A stretch of 64,000 nucleotides of DNA from Dehalococcoidia bacterium (GCA_034423035.1 DAOUJF010000025.1:64349-128348); one strand, 5' to 3'; shown: positions 9,010-16,744, counted from the first letter of the stretch. Notes: generated by a model from the sequence alone, not told the origin. Numbers and translations: made by a program.

Positions 9010-9786
9010 ATGTACCCAATCGACTTGAAGGGCAAGACCGGCATCGTATTCGGCATAGCGAACCACCGCAGCATCGCGTGGTCCATCGCGGAGATACTGC
9101 ACCAGGCCGGTGCGGACCTTGCCGTCGCCTACCAGAACGAGCGAGTTCGCGGCAGCGTGGAAAAGCTCGTCTCGGGGTGGGGAGGCAACACGCAGACCAT
9201 CGAGTGTGACGTCAGCGACGACGCGAACGTCGAGCGCGCGATCCAGCAGGTGGGCGAGAGCTCTGGCAAGATCGACATCATCGTCCACTCCATCGCCTTC
9301 GCCGACCGCGATGACCTCGGCGGAGCGTATATGAAGACGGGACGCGAGGGCTTCCGCACGGCCCTCGACGTGAGCGCCTACTCACTCATTCCCATTGCCC
9401 GTTACGCCGCTGACTACATGACCGAGGGCGGCAGCATCGTCGCGATGACCTTCCAGGCGGCCGAGCGCGTCTTCCCCGGCTACAACGTGATGGGCACGGC
9501 GAAGGCAGCGCTGGAGAACGCCGTCCAGCAGCTAGCCTCCGACCTCGGCGAGCAGGACGTCCGGGTGAACGCCATCTCCGCGGGGCCGCTCGATACGCTG
9601 TCGTCCCGCGTCATCAGCAAGTACCGTGACATGAAGCGCGTTCACGCCGAACGGTCACCCATGAAGCGCAACATCACCTCCGAAGAGGTCGCCAAGACGG
9701 CGCTCTTCCTGTGCAGCGATCTCTCGAGCGGCGTCACGGGCGAGATCGTCCACGTCGATACCGGCTACAACATCATGGGCATTTGA
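9010..9786 (+). CDS. fabI: enoyl-[acyl-carrier-protein] reductase (NADH) FabI
   Basis: GIANHRSIAWSIA N-terminus. Catalytic YNVMGTAKAALE (Tyr-x6-Lys). Length 258 aa. Confidence 0.85.
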   Translation: MYPIDLKGKTGIVFGIANHRSIAWSIAEILHQAGADLAVAYQNERVRGSVEKLVSGWGGNTQTIECDVSDDANVERAIQQVGESSGKIDIIVHSIAFADRDDLGGAYMKTGREGFRTALDVSAYSLIPIARYAADYMTEGGSIVAMTFQAAERVFPGYNVMGTAKAALENAVQQLASDLGEQDVRVNAISAGPLDTLSSRVISKYRDMKRVHAERSPMKRNITSEEVAKTALFLCSDLSSGVTGEIVHVDTGYNIMGI

Positions 9787-9821
9787 GGCTGACGGCCCGA
9801 CCCACTGATATAAATCCCACC

Positions 9822-10199
9822 ATGCCCACGTACGAGTACATCTACATCGAGGTTGAGGACAACGACAACTGCGACTACATGCCCATGCAGGTCTACGAGC
9901 CGCAGGCAGAGTCGCGGCCCGTCACTCGCGTCCTGCTCGAAGAGCCGGACCGCCCGCACGGCCTCTACGAGGTGACAGGCTGGAGCAGCGAGGACGACGG
10001 CACGCCGGTTGAAGCGATGTACGCACCCGTGTCCGACTCAGGACAGGCAAGGGCGCACCTCATATATGGCGGCGACTGGGGCGTTCGCCTCAAGCCGGTG
10101 GGCACTGACGAAGAGTGGGACGTTGATAGCCCCAACCAGTTCGGGGAGCCGTACCTGATTCTGTTGGACGACGAGGCGATCCAGGCGGAAGAAGGGTAG
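9822..10199 (+). CDS. hypothetical, strongly acidic 125-aa protein
   Basis: High-GC3 ORF starting MPTYEYIYIEVEDNDN. The listed ORF start at 9711 overlaps the fabI end, so the internal ATG at 9822 is chosen. Confidence 0.5.
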   Translation: MPTYEYIYIEVEDNDNCDYMPMQVYEPQAESRPVTRVLLEEPDRPHGLYEVTGWSSEDDGTPVEAMYAPVSDSGQARAHLIYGGDWGVRLKPVGTDEEWDVDSPNQFGEPYLILLDDEAIQAEEG

Positions 10200-10253
10200 G
10201 CGCGTTCAATGCTATGCTATTAGCAGCGTTGCGGTGAGTGGAGGGATAGGATC

Positions 10254-11597
10254 ATGGACAGCATAACGATCGAAAACTTCCGATGCTTCCGCCAGAGGCA
10301 GACCGCACGCCTTGCCCCTCTGACCCTCCTCGTAGGCGAGAACAGCACAGGCAAGACCTCGTTCCTTGCGCTGATCCGTGCGCTGTCTGATCTTACCGTA
10401 GGCTTTCAGGCTCAGGACATCCTCGTAGGCATTCAGCCACCGGACTTCAAGGAAGATCCCTACGATTTGGGCAGCTTTGATGAGATCGTCCACTACCGGG
10501 GCGGCCGGGAAGGTCGCACTGGAACTTTTAACGCTACCGTAACCCGAATTTCAAAATACGAAACCGGTGACGAACCATACCAGTTCCATGTCACTTTTGG
10601 CAAGAAGGGCACTACGCCAGTTCCAATAAAAACGCGCTTTGCCCATGGGGATACTTGGTCAGAGCAGGATTTCTCAACGGTTGGGGCATATACGCTTCGT
10701 TTTGGAACTCACAGAGGTAGCTGGGAGTGGAATGCGCCTGATGAATTCAGGACCTTATTTGAGTTTCGTGAGGGCAAGCTACCCATGGTTTTCTATTTTC
10801 CAAGAGTACTTAACGAAAATATAACGCCGTTACATGCCTCTCCGCCTGATACACAGGAAGATCATGAGTCACTGGAAGACATGGTTTTCAATTTTCGTCT
10901 TGACACACAGCGTCCATTTGCAAGCGCTCCCGTACGTTCTAAGCCACGTCGTACCTACGATCCAGCTCGCACCACGTCCGACCCCGAAGGCGATTATGTC
11001 CCTATGTATCTCGCCAGCATGTTTTTTGAGAACAAGAAGACGTGGACAAAGCTCAAGAACGAGCTCGAATCATTTGGGAAGTTCGCTGGTCTCTTCGATG
11101 AGGTCTCTATCAAATCGTTGGGTAAGAGAGACAGTGAACCCTTTCAACTGCAAGTCAGAAAGTCCAGTGGCCGATCCAAGGGACCTTGGCGCAACCTTAT
11201 CGATGTTGGTTATGGGGTCAGCCAAGTCTTGCCTGTGATAACGGAACTGTTACGCCCGGACGCTCCCGATACATTTCTCTTACAGCAGCCAGAAGTTCAC
11301 CTCCATCCCAGTGCGCAGGCTGCATTAGGGAGCTTGTTTTGTCAGGTCGCCAGCCGGGACCGTCAGTTGATAGTCGAAACGCACAGCGACCACCTGCTGG
11401 ATCGTGTGCGAATGGATGTCCGTGATGGCAAGAGCGACCTGAAACCCGAGGACGTTTCCATACTATTCTTCGAGCGCGGTGACTTGGACGTTCACATCCA
11501 CTCACTTCGAATCGACGAAGAAGGGAACATAGTAGACGCCCCCGACGGCTATCGCAGTTTCTTCATGGAGGAGACGGCGAGGTCTCTGGGGCTCTGA
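10254..11597 (+). CDS. ABC/OLD-type AAA ATPase (AAA_15/AAA_21-like) with DUF3696-like C-terminus
   Basis: Walker A LLVGENSTGKTS. C-terminal FLLQQPEVHLHP (Walker B/D-loop region) and LIVETHSDHLLD (H-loop). Tail DAPDGYRSFF. SD GGAGGGA upstream. AT-richer than the flanking genes. Confidence 0.75.
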   Translation: MDSITIENFRCFRQRQTARLAPLTLLVGENSTGKTSFLALIRALSDLTVGFQAQDILVGIQPPDFKEDPYDLGSFDEIVHYRGGREGRTGTFNATVTRISKYETGDEPYQFHVTFGKKGTTPVPIKTRFAHGDTWSEQDFSTVGAYTLRFGTHRGSWEWNAPDEFRTLFEFREGKLPMVFYFPRVLNENITPLHASPPDTQEDHESLEDMVFNFRLDTQRPFASAPVRSKPRRTYDPARTTSDPEGDYVPMYLASMFFENKKTWTKLKNELESFGKFAGLFDEVSIKSLGKRDSEPFQLQVRKSSGRSKGPWRNLIDVGYGVSQVLPVITELLRPDAPDTFLLQQPEVHLHPSAQAALGSLFCQVASRDRQLIVETHSDHLLDRVRMDVRDGKSDLKPEDVSILFFERGDLDVHIHSLRIDEEGNIVDAPDGYRSFFMEETARSLGL

Positions 11598-11600
11598 TCT

Positions 11601-12089
11601 ATGTGCGCCATCATGGATGCGAATGTTGCAGGTGAAGTCTTCATAAAGAGGCCCAAGCCGGCAGGGCAACCACCGACGGCGGGGGAGAAGTTCCTCATTT
11701 GGATCAAGGAAGGACCCGGCCACTTGGTAGTTGGGGGCAAGCTGCGGAAGGAACTTGGCAGAGTGAACCTCTTTCAAGAATGGGCTCGGGAAGCTCAGCT
11801 CTCTGGCAAGTTGCGCAGTATCAATGACGAACGTGTCAACCAGAATACAGCGAAACTCGAAGCTAAGAGGAATTACCGTTCAAATGATCCACATGTCATT
11901 GCGCTAGCGCAAATTAGCGGTGTGCGCCTGCTGTACACCAACGACAAAAGGCTGCAAGACGACTTTAGGAACGAAATGTTGATCGACGATCCGCAAGGGC
12001 AAATCTACGAAACATTGAAGGGCAAGAAGTTCACGGCTACTCACAAGGGACTCCTCAGCCGAGAAGATCTATGTCCGCTCAAGCGTTGA
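11601..12089 (+). CDS. small PIN-like domain protein (putative nuclease partner of the ATPase)
   Basis: ATG lies 3 nt after the ATPase TGA. Acidic positions follow a PIN-like pattern: IMDANVA (N-terminus), SNDPHVIALAQ, LLYTNDKRL. 162 aa. Confidence 0.5.
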   Translation: MCAIMDANVAGEVFIKRPKPAGQPPTAGEKFLIWIKEGPGHLVVGGKLRKELGRVNLFQEWAREAQLSGKLRSINDERVNQNTAKLEAKRNYRSNDPHVIALAQISGVRLLYTNDKRLQDDFRNEMLIDDPQGQIYETLKGKKFTATHKGLLSREDLCPLKR

Positions 12090-12118
12090 CTGCCCACCTT
12101 CCACTCGCGATTATGCCC

Positions 12119-13036
12119 CTAACCCAATCCGTCCTCGAACTCGATTATCTCGTCGATTATCTCGTTGGCGACTCGCTGATGGTAGGCGTCGAAGGGGAGG
12201 ATCGGCTGGCGGGCTCTTGATGTGGTGAACAACCCACGACGGTGTGAGTAGAGCTTGTAGAAGTGGATCGATATGTCGATGTGCTGGTGCGCCCAAGCCA
12301 AATAGGGGAGGGTGCGCTCGAAAAGGGTCTGGGCTTCATCGCGGTTCCCCGCGTGGTAGTGCTTGAAGATTTCGACGAACGGCTTGTTGATAGCCGTCGT
12401 GGTGACGAAGCTCGTGCCCCGGTCGAGCGCCTCGATGAGCTGCGGCAGCGACCAGCCCGTTCCGACCGGCATCAGGCCGTCCGTCGCCTCGATGATCTGG
12501 GTCATCTTGTACCCTGCAGGCACAGTCTCCAGCTTGAGGCACCGGAACGCGTCGATCTCCTCCCAGAGCTCGCGGATGGTGTCGAGGCCCATGCCATAGC
12601 CGTTCCAGTGCAAGTCCTGGATCATGAGCATCGGCAGGTCGACCTCGGCAAGCTCGTGCATGAAGGCCTTCACCTCTGCCTTGTCCTCGATGATGTCCAT
12701 CGGAGCCTGGCACAGGACACCGTCGGCCCCCGCCTCGACGGCGTGACTAGCGAGGCGTTGAGACCGGCGAACGTCGGGGTCGCTGACGCCCGCCGTCACG
12801 TGGATGCGTCCGTCGACCATGCGTATGACCTCTTCGACGAAGCTCGTCCGCTCCTCGTCGGAGAGTTTTGTGACCTCGCTGGCGACGGCGGGCATGATGC
12901 AGCCGGAAATGCCGTCTTCGATGCTCCGCTCGATGAGTCGTTCCAGCGACGGGAAGTCGATGCGGTCGTCCTCCGTCCACGGCGTGTGGATGATCGGGAC
13001 GACGCCGGATAGGGGGTATGCGGTCTTGTCAGTCAT
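12119..13036 (-). CDS. dihydrodipicolinate synthase / N-acetylneuraminate lyase family class I aldolase
   Basis: DapA-family pattern (GVVPIIHTPWTED..., GISGCIMPAVASE, GADGVLCQAP). ATG at 13036 preferred over the TTG at 13054 used by the ORF track. Confidence 0.7.
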   Translation of the reverse strand: MTDKTAYPLSGVVPIIHTPWTEDDRIDFPSLERLIERSIEDGISGCIMPAVASEVTKLSDEERTSFVEEVIRMVDGRIHVTAGVSDPDVRRSQRLASHAVEAGADGVLCQAPMDIIEDKAEVKAFMHELAEVDLPMLMIQDLHWNGYGMGLDTIRELWEEIDAFRCLKLETVPAGYKMTQIIEATDGLMPVGTGWSLPQLIEALDRGTSFVTTTAINKPFVEIFKHYHAGNRDEAQTLFERTLPYLAWAHQHIDISIHFYKLYSHRRGLFTTSRARQPILPFDAYHQRVANEIIDEIIEFEDGLG

Positions 13037-13054
13037 TGGTTGTGTTGGCAGCAA

Positions 13055-13807
13055 CTACGATTCTAGGACTTTCCGCATATCGAACGGATCTGGCCATCGG
13101 ACAAATGCTACAGAGCGCGACAGTTGGCGACAGTCGGCCATTGTCAGGTCACGCCGATAGGATAACGCTCGCCGAATTGACTCTGGTCGGCTTGCATAGC
13201 GGCCGACGACTTCCTCAGCGTTAGTTTGGTGTTCGCTGTACTGTAAAACGATCACGTAGCTACGATCACAGTTCTGCTGTTTGGAGTACCAAGAGCCGAC
13301 ATCAAGAAGGCGTATAACTTGGTCTCGTTCCGCATCGTAGGTCGTGCACTCGCTAACAGGGGACCGATACTTGGCTTCCACAAGCACCACAGCCTGCCGT
13401 CCGACCGTGATCATCACGTCCGGTTCAGAGGCTCCTTCCCTCTGTGGTCGACTTGGAGGCGGATTAAGCTTTGGCCAGAATCGCACTTTGGCGGATGGGA
13501 CGCCCTCAAATACTTGAGAATGTACTTCTCCAGCGAAGGCTTCACGAAGAAGCCGAGTGAGCATCAGGGTTTTCTTCGCTTCGTCGTGGAGTAAGGGACT
13601 CCAATAGTGCCAAGTGCAAGCATCTTCAGAGTTTTCACTGCATAATTTCGGCAACCCTTTTTGCTTACCTTTGGGGAAAGACTCCGCGACCTTGGAAAGG
13701 AATTCCGGATGTGCTGTATCAGTATGTTTCAGCAAGGGGTGTGCTTCCGGGGTCTTCCAAACCATGACTCCAGAGGTAGTGACAACATAATCACCCAGTG
13801 ACGTCAT
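13055..13807 (-). CDS. PD-(D/E)xK (restriction-endonuclease-like fold) protein
   Basis: Core motif SEPDVMITVGRQAVVLVEAKYRS (D-x13-E-x-K). Internal ATG at 13807 overlaps the amidase stop as ATGA. AT-richer than its neighbours. Confidence 0.6.
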   Translation of the reverse strand: MTSLGDYVVTTSGVMVWKTPEAHPLLKHTDTAHPEFLSKVAESFPKGKQKGLPKLCSENSEDACTWHYWSPLLHDEAKKTLMLTRLLREAFAGEVHSQVFEGVPSAKVRFWPKLNPPPSRPQREGASEPDVMITVGRQAVVLVEAKYRSPVSECTTYDAERDQVIRLLDVGSWYSKQQNCDRSYVIVLQYSEHQTNAEEVVGRYASRPESIRRALSYRRDLTMADCRQLSRSVAFVRWPDPFDMRKVLES

Positions 13808-15000
13808 ACGGTTGAACAGCCTCCCACCTCCACGGCGAACCGCATGAGCATTTCGTCCGATCCTCGCGCGCCCATGAGCGACAGGCCGACCGGAAGGCCG
13901 TCCACGGTTGCAAGGGGCAGGTTCAACTGGGGGCAGCCCGACATGCCTCCGATGCACGTGAGACTTGCGATTCGGTAGCCCAACTCCACCCGCTCAGGAA
14001 CGGGCATATCGGGAGGTGGCGCAGGGGCAGGTGACGTTGGCATACACATGATAGCGCCATCTGCCAGCAGATCGTTCATCCTGCTCCTGACCACTCGACG
14101 CACGGCGTTGCTTGCCGCCAATTGGTCGTCGGTCACCGACATGCCATTCAGGTAGCGGATTGCAACCTCGAAGGCGACGCGTGGATTCGTCTGCTCAATC
14201 CAGTCCCGCTGCGTGTCCCACGCCTCCCGCATCTGCAGATTTCGCTGGTGCGTCATCCATTCATCGATTCCGTCCGGAGCAACTCGCTTCGTCGTTTGAT
14301 GTCCGACCATTCCCGCGACGGCATCGACGACAGGTTGGAGCGCTTGCAGAACATCCTCGTCGAGCACCTTGAAGAGGTCGTCCGCGATGACGAGGCGGCT
14401 GGGCTGTGCAGGTTCGCCCGTCGATTGGAGGAGAACTTGTCCTACCCGCTCGAACGTCTCAGCGTCGCGGGTGAACCATCCGACGGTGTCGAAACTTGCA
14501 GCCTGTGGGAGCACGCCGTCGAGGGAGATGCGGCCATGGGTGGGTCGCAGGCCGTAGAGGCCGCAGAAGCTGGCGGGCATCCGCACGGAGCCTCCCGTGT
14601 CCGAGCCGAGCGCGAAGTCGACCACGCCGCCCGCGACGGCGGACGCAGACCCGCTCGATGACCCTCCGGGCACCCGCCCCGGCGCCGCTGTGTTCACCGG
14701 CGTGCCGTAATGGGGATTCGTCCCCATGATGCCGCGCGTCAGTTCATCGGTGTGCGTCTTCCCGACGAGACTCGCCCCGGCGTCGAGGAGGGCCTGGACG
14801 GTCGGTGCGGTTTGCTCAGCCGGACCGTGAGTGCGTTCCCAGTCGGGGTTACCCCCGCCCGTCACGTGACCGGCAACGTCGAAGATGTCCTTGGCGGCAA
14901 AGGTCAGACCGGACAGCGGGCCGTCAGCAGCGCCCGGAACGTGGACGTCCAAGTTCGCGAATGCGTTGAGGTGGTCGGTTGTCACACGGCGTTGATTCAT
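13804..15000 (-). CDS. amidase (amidase-signature family)
   Basis: Gly/Ser-rich signature GGSSSGSASAVAGG, plus FAAKDIFDV and GTNPHYGTP. Confidence 0.85.
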   Translation of the reverse strand: MNQRRVTTDHLNAFANLDVHVPGAADGPLSGLTFAAKDIFDVAGHVTGGGNPDWERTHGPAEQTAPTVQALLDAGASLVGKTHTDELTRGIMGTNPHYGTPVNTAAPGRVPGGSSSGSASAVAGGVVDFALGSDTGGSVRMPASFCGLYGLRPTHGRISLDGVLPQAASFDTVGWFTRDAETFERVGQVLLQSTGEPAQPSRLVIADDLFKVLDEDVLQALQPVVDAVAGMVGHQTTKRVAPDGIDEWMTHQRNLQMREAWDTQRDWIEQTNPRVAFEVAIRYLNGMSVTDDQLAASNAVRRVVRSRMNDLLADGAIMCMPTSPAPAPPPDMPVPERVELGYRIASLTCIGGMSGCPQLNLPLATVDGLPVGLSLMGARGSDEMLMRFAVEVGGCSTV

Positions 15001-15004
15001 GCGT

Positions 15005-15772
15005 CTACAGGAACCTGAACACGCTTGAGGCCGTCCGGCCCATGACCCAGTTGCGGTCCTGCGGGTCGCTGAGGAGGGGGTCGTCCATGATGGCGCGGAG
15101 GGCGTTGCGGTATCCCTCGCGGTTGCCGACGGGCGGGTAGTCGCTGCCCCACATCGTGCGCTTGGGACCGAATGCGTCGAGAATCATCTCGACGAACGGG
15201 GGAGTGTGGTCGAAGCGGAAGTCGGCGACGAGGGTGCTGGGGCGACGGCTGATCTCGCCGAGTCCGCCGAGTTTGATGTAGACGTTGGGCAGTTGCGCGA
15301 TTTCGAGTGCCTGGCCGAACTGTTCGTACGGCTCCTCCATGTCGGCGGTTCCCCCGGCGAAATGCTCCGCGACGACCGGTATCGGCTCGGGCAGTCCCGC
15401 CACGAGCTCTGCGAACTGCCCCGAGGCGAAGGCGGCGATATTCTGGCGGCAGCTAACGGTCAGGCCGATCTCGGATGCGGCCTTCCACAGCGACTCAGGC
15501 GAGCTTGGTGTCAGTCGTACTCCTGAGACTCCGCGCTCAGCCCAGCCTGCAAGTTCATCCGGCGCGGTTGGCGATGCCTCGTCGACCATGCCTACGACCG
15601 AGAACCGCCCGTTGTGACGCGCTGCGCAGTCCAGCAAGTATGAGTTGTCGTACATGCCGCCGTGCTGAATGAGCACGGCCTTCTGGACGCCGTTCGCGTC
15701 CATCTGGTGGATGAGCGTCTCAACCGGCTCGAACCAGCTTGTCCCCGCGTGTGTGTGCGAATCTATGATCAC
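15005..15772 (-). CDS. amidohydrolase-2 family metal-dependent hydrolase
   Basis: GTG start (VIIDSHTH metal-binding motif). WGSDYPP near the C-terminus. Stop lies 4 nt before the amidase ATG. Confidence 0.7.
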   Translation of the reverse strand: MIIDSHTHAGTSWFEPVETLIHQMDANGVQKAVLIQHGGMYDNSYLLDCAARHNGRFSVVGMVDEASPTAPDELAGWAERGVSGVRLTPSSPESLWKAASEIGLTVSCRQNIAAFASGQFAELVAGLPEPIPVVAEHFAGGTADMEEPYEQFGQALEIAQLPNVYIKLGGLGEISRRPSTLVADFRFDHTPPFVEMILDAFGPKRTMWGSDYPPVGNREGYRNALRAIMDDPLLSDPQDRNWVMGRTASSVFRFL

Positions 15773-15803
15773 GTGCAGTCACCCCTCAAAGGAATGTAGC
15801 TGC

Positions 15804-15833
15804 ATCATACGCAAGCGGGGCAATGTTTGACAA
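15804..15833 (-). promoter_or_regulatory. candidate promoter of the amidohydrolase-amidase-nuclease-aldolase operon (TTGTCA-18 nt-TATGAT)
   Basis: Minus strand reads cgcgTTGTCAaacattgccccgcttgcgTATGATgc, about 30 nt upstream of the GTG start at 15772. Confidence 0.45.
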
Positions 15834-15846
15834 CGCGGGGGCTGCT

Positions 15847-15885
15847 ATTCACCGGAGAGGACGGGACCCGCGCAGAGTGGAGAGA
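15847..15885. repeat. REP family 6 copy (CTCTGCG..TC.C.GCCCTCT.CGGTGAAT) abutting element copy A
   Basis: Minus strand reads ctctccactctgcgcgggtcccgtcctctccggtgaat. Compare 17691-17722 and 25665-25700. Confidence 0.55.
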
Positions 15886-15924
15886 AGGGTCAACAGAAGG
15901 TGAAGAGCTTTGGAGGAGCCACTT

Positions 15925-16110
15925 TTATGGGACATTGTGGGACGTTTCGGCGCGTCATCGTTTGGCGTGAGGGGTTACGAGATGATGAGGGGCCGTTTCT
16001 GTAACATTTCGTAACATTTTGTAATTTCACCTGTGTCGTCGTATTGGTCGAGCGGCTGATCTTTTCGGCATCTCGGGAACAAGAATAGATCATATATTCT
16101 TATCAGTCAA
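15925..16110 (-). repeat. copy A of a three-copy non-coding element: promoter + 3x (A)AATGTTAC decamers + 2x AA(C/T)GTCCC decamers
   Basis: Read on the minus strand: TTGACT-17-TATTCT, then gaaattac/aaaatgttac/gaaatgttac (16000-16030), then gaaacgtccc/acaatgtccc (15928-15947). Confidence 0.7.
16082..16110 (-). promoter_or_regulatory. sigma70-type promoter of element copy A (TTGACT-17 nt-TATTCT), spacer/-10 carries the palindrome AGAATA-N7-TATTCT
   Basis: -35 at 16105-16110 and -10 at 16082-16087 (minus strand), with exact 17-nt spacing. Confidence 0.5.
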
Positions 16111-16156
16111 GTCGGATTCGGCGCGGGCAGCTGCCTGTAAGTGACAGGAGCGAGGA

Positions 16157-16546
16157 CTACCCGCCCATGGCCGCAATACGTCGGGCCATCCAGGTGATGT
16201 ATGCCTTGCGAGTCATTCCCCGGCGACAGGCCTCGCTGTCAATGAACTCCGCAACGCCTTCATCAAGGGTCAGTCCCGCACGAACGCTCTTGCCTGAAGT
16301 CCGAATGAGCGGTATCGAAGTTAGCTGACTTCCCTTCGGAGTATCGATGGACTGGAACGCGCTGGGCTGAGCGAGCTCCTCTCCGTCCTTCTCAGCCTCA
16401 ATCGCGTAGTCTCGAAGCGCGTCTTCGGCATTGAATAGCGCCTCGTCAACCGTGTGTCCCATTGCGCCAACACCGGGTATGTCCGGGAAGACAACACCGT
16501 AGGCGCCTTCTTCGCCATCGATGAGCGCAGGATATCGAGTTGTCAT
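16157..16546 (-). CDS. hicB: HicB-family antitoxin with C-terminal ribbon-helix-helix-like segment
   Basis: YPALIDGEEGAYGVVFPDIPGVGAMGHTVDEALFNAEDALRDY is a typical HicB N-domain. Lies directly downstream of hicA. Confidence 0.8.
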   Translation of the reverse strand: MTTRYPALIDGEEGAYGVVFPDIPGVGAMGHTVDEALFNAEDALRDYAIEAEKDGEELAQPSAFQSIDTPKGSQLTSIPLIRTSGKSVRAGLTLDEGVAEFIDSEACRRGMTRKAYITWMARRIAAMGG

Positions 16547-16552
16547 GTCAGT

Positions 16553-16744
16553 TCACTCCGTCCATCCGGCCTTCTTCGCTATAGTGCGAGCCATTCCATT
16601 TGAGAGTACCGCGTGACGCGGCAATGTAATGATCCCTCTTATTTTCGGATTCCTATATATGTCATGATTCGAACCATGACGGTCAAGGTACCAACCCTCT
16701 CGCTCAAGTCTCCGCTGAACGCGCCGCCTGTTTGTCTCATCCAC
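16553..16744 (-). CDS. hicA: HicA-family mRNA interferase toxin
   Basis: 63 aa with LEREGWYLDRHGSNHDIYRNP (HicA GSH-type motif). 6-nt gap to hicB. Confidence 0.8.
   Translation of the reverse strand: MDETNRRRVQRRLEREGWYLDRHGSNHDIYRNPKIRGIITLPRHAVLSNGMARTIAKKAGWTE

Noticed and set aside
9822-10199. The strongly acidic 125-aa protein as a third component (for example a DNA-mimic or anti-defence partner) of the ATPase-PIN cassette.
   Set aside because: Its codon usage and GC match the host-like fabI side, not the AT-richer cassette. It is separated from the cassette by a 54-nt gap containing the cassette's own SD. It is kept only as a hypothetical gene.
15890-16093. Protein-coding interpretation of the three-copy element. 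This covers the listed ORFs 15890-16093(-), 43732-44100(+) and 61631-62071(-). It also covers a reverse-strand mini-ORF starting M/V-G-H-(C/S)-G-T-(F/I)-R in all three copies, with a GGAGGAG SD in copy A.
   Set aside because: Similarity is confined to the decamer DNA motifs themselves. Outside them, sequence, length (14, 25 and 26 codons for the mini-ORF) and frame context diverge completely. One copy would need a GTG start with no spacing to its SD. A nucleic-acid-level motif explains the conservation better, although a tiny peptide cannot be fully excluded.
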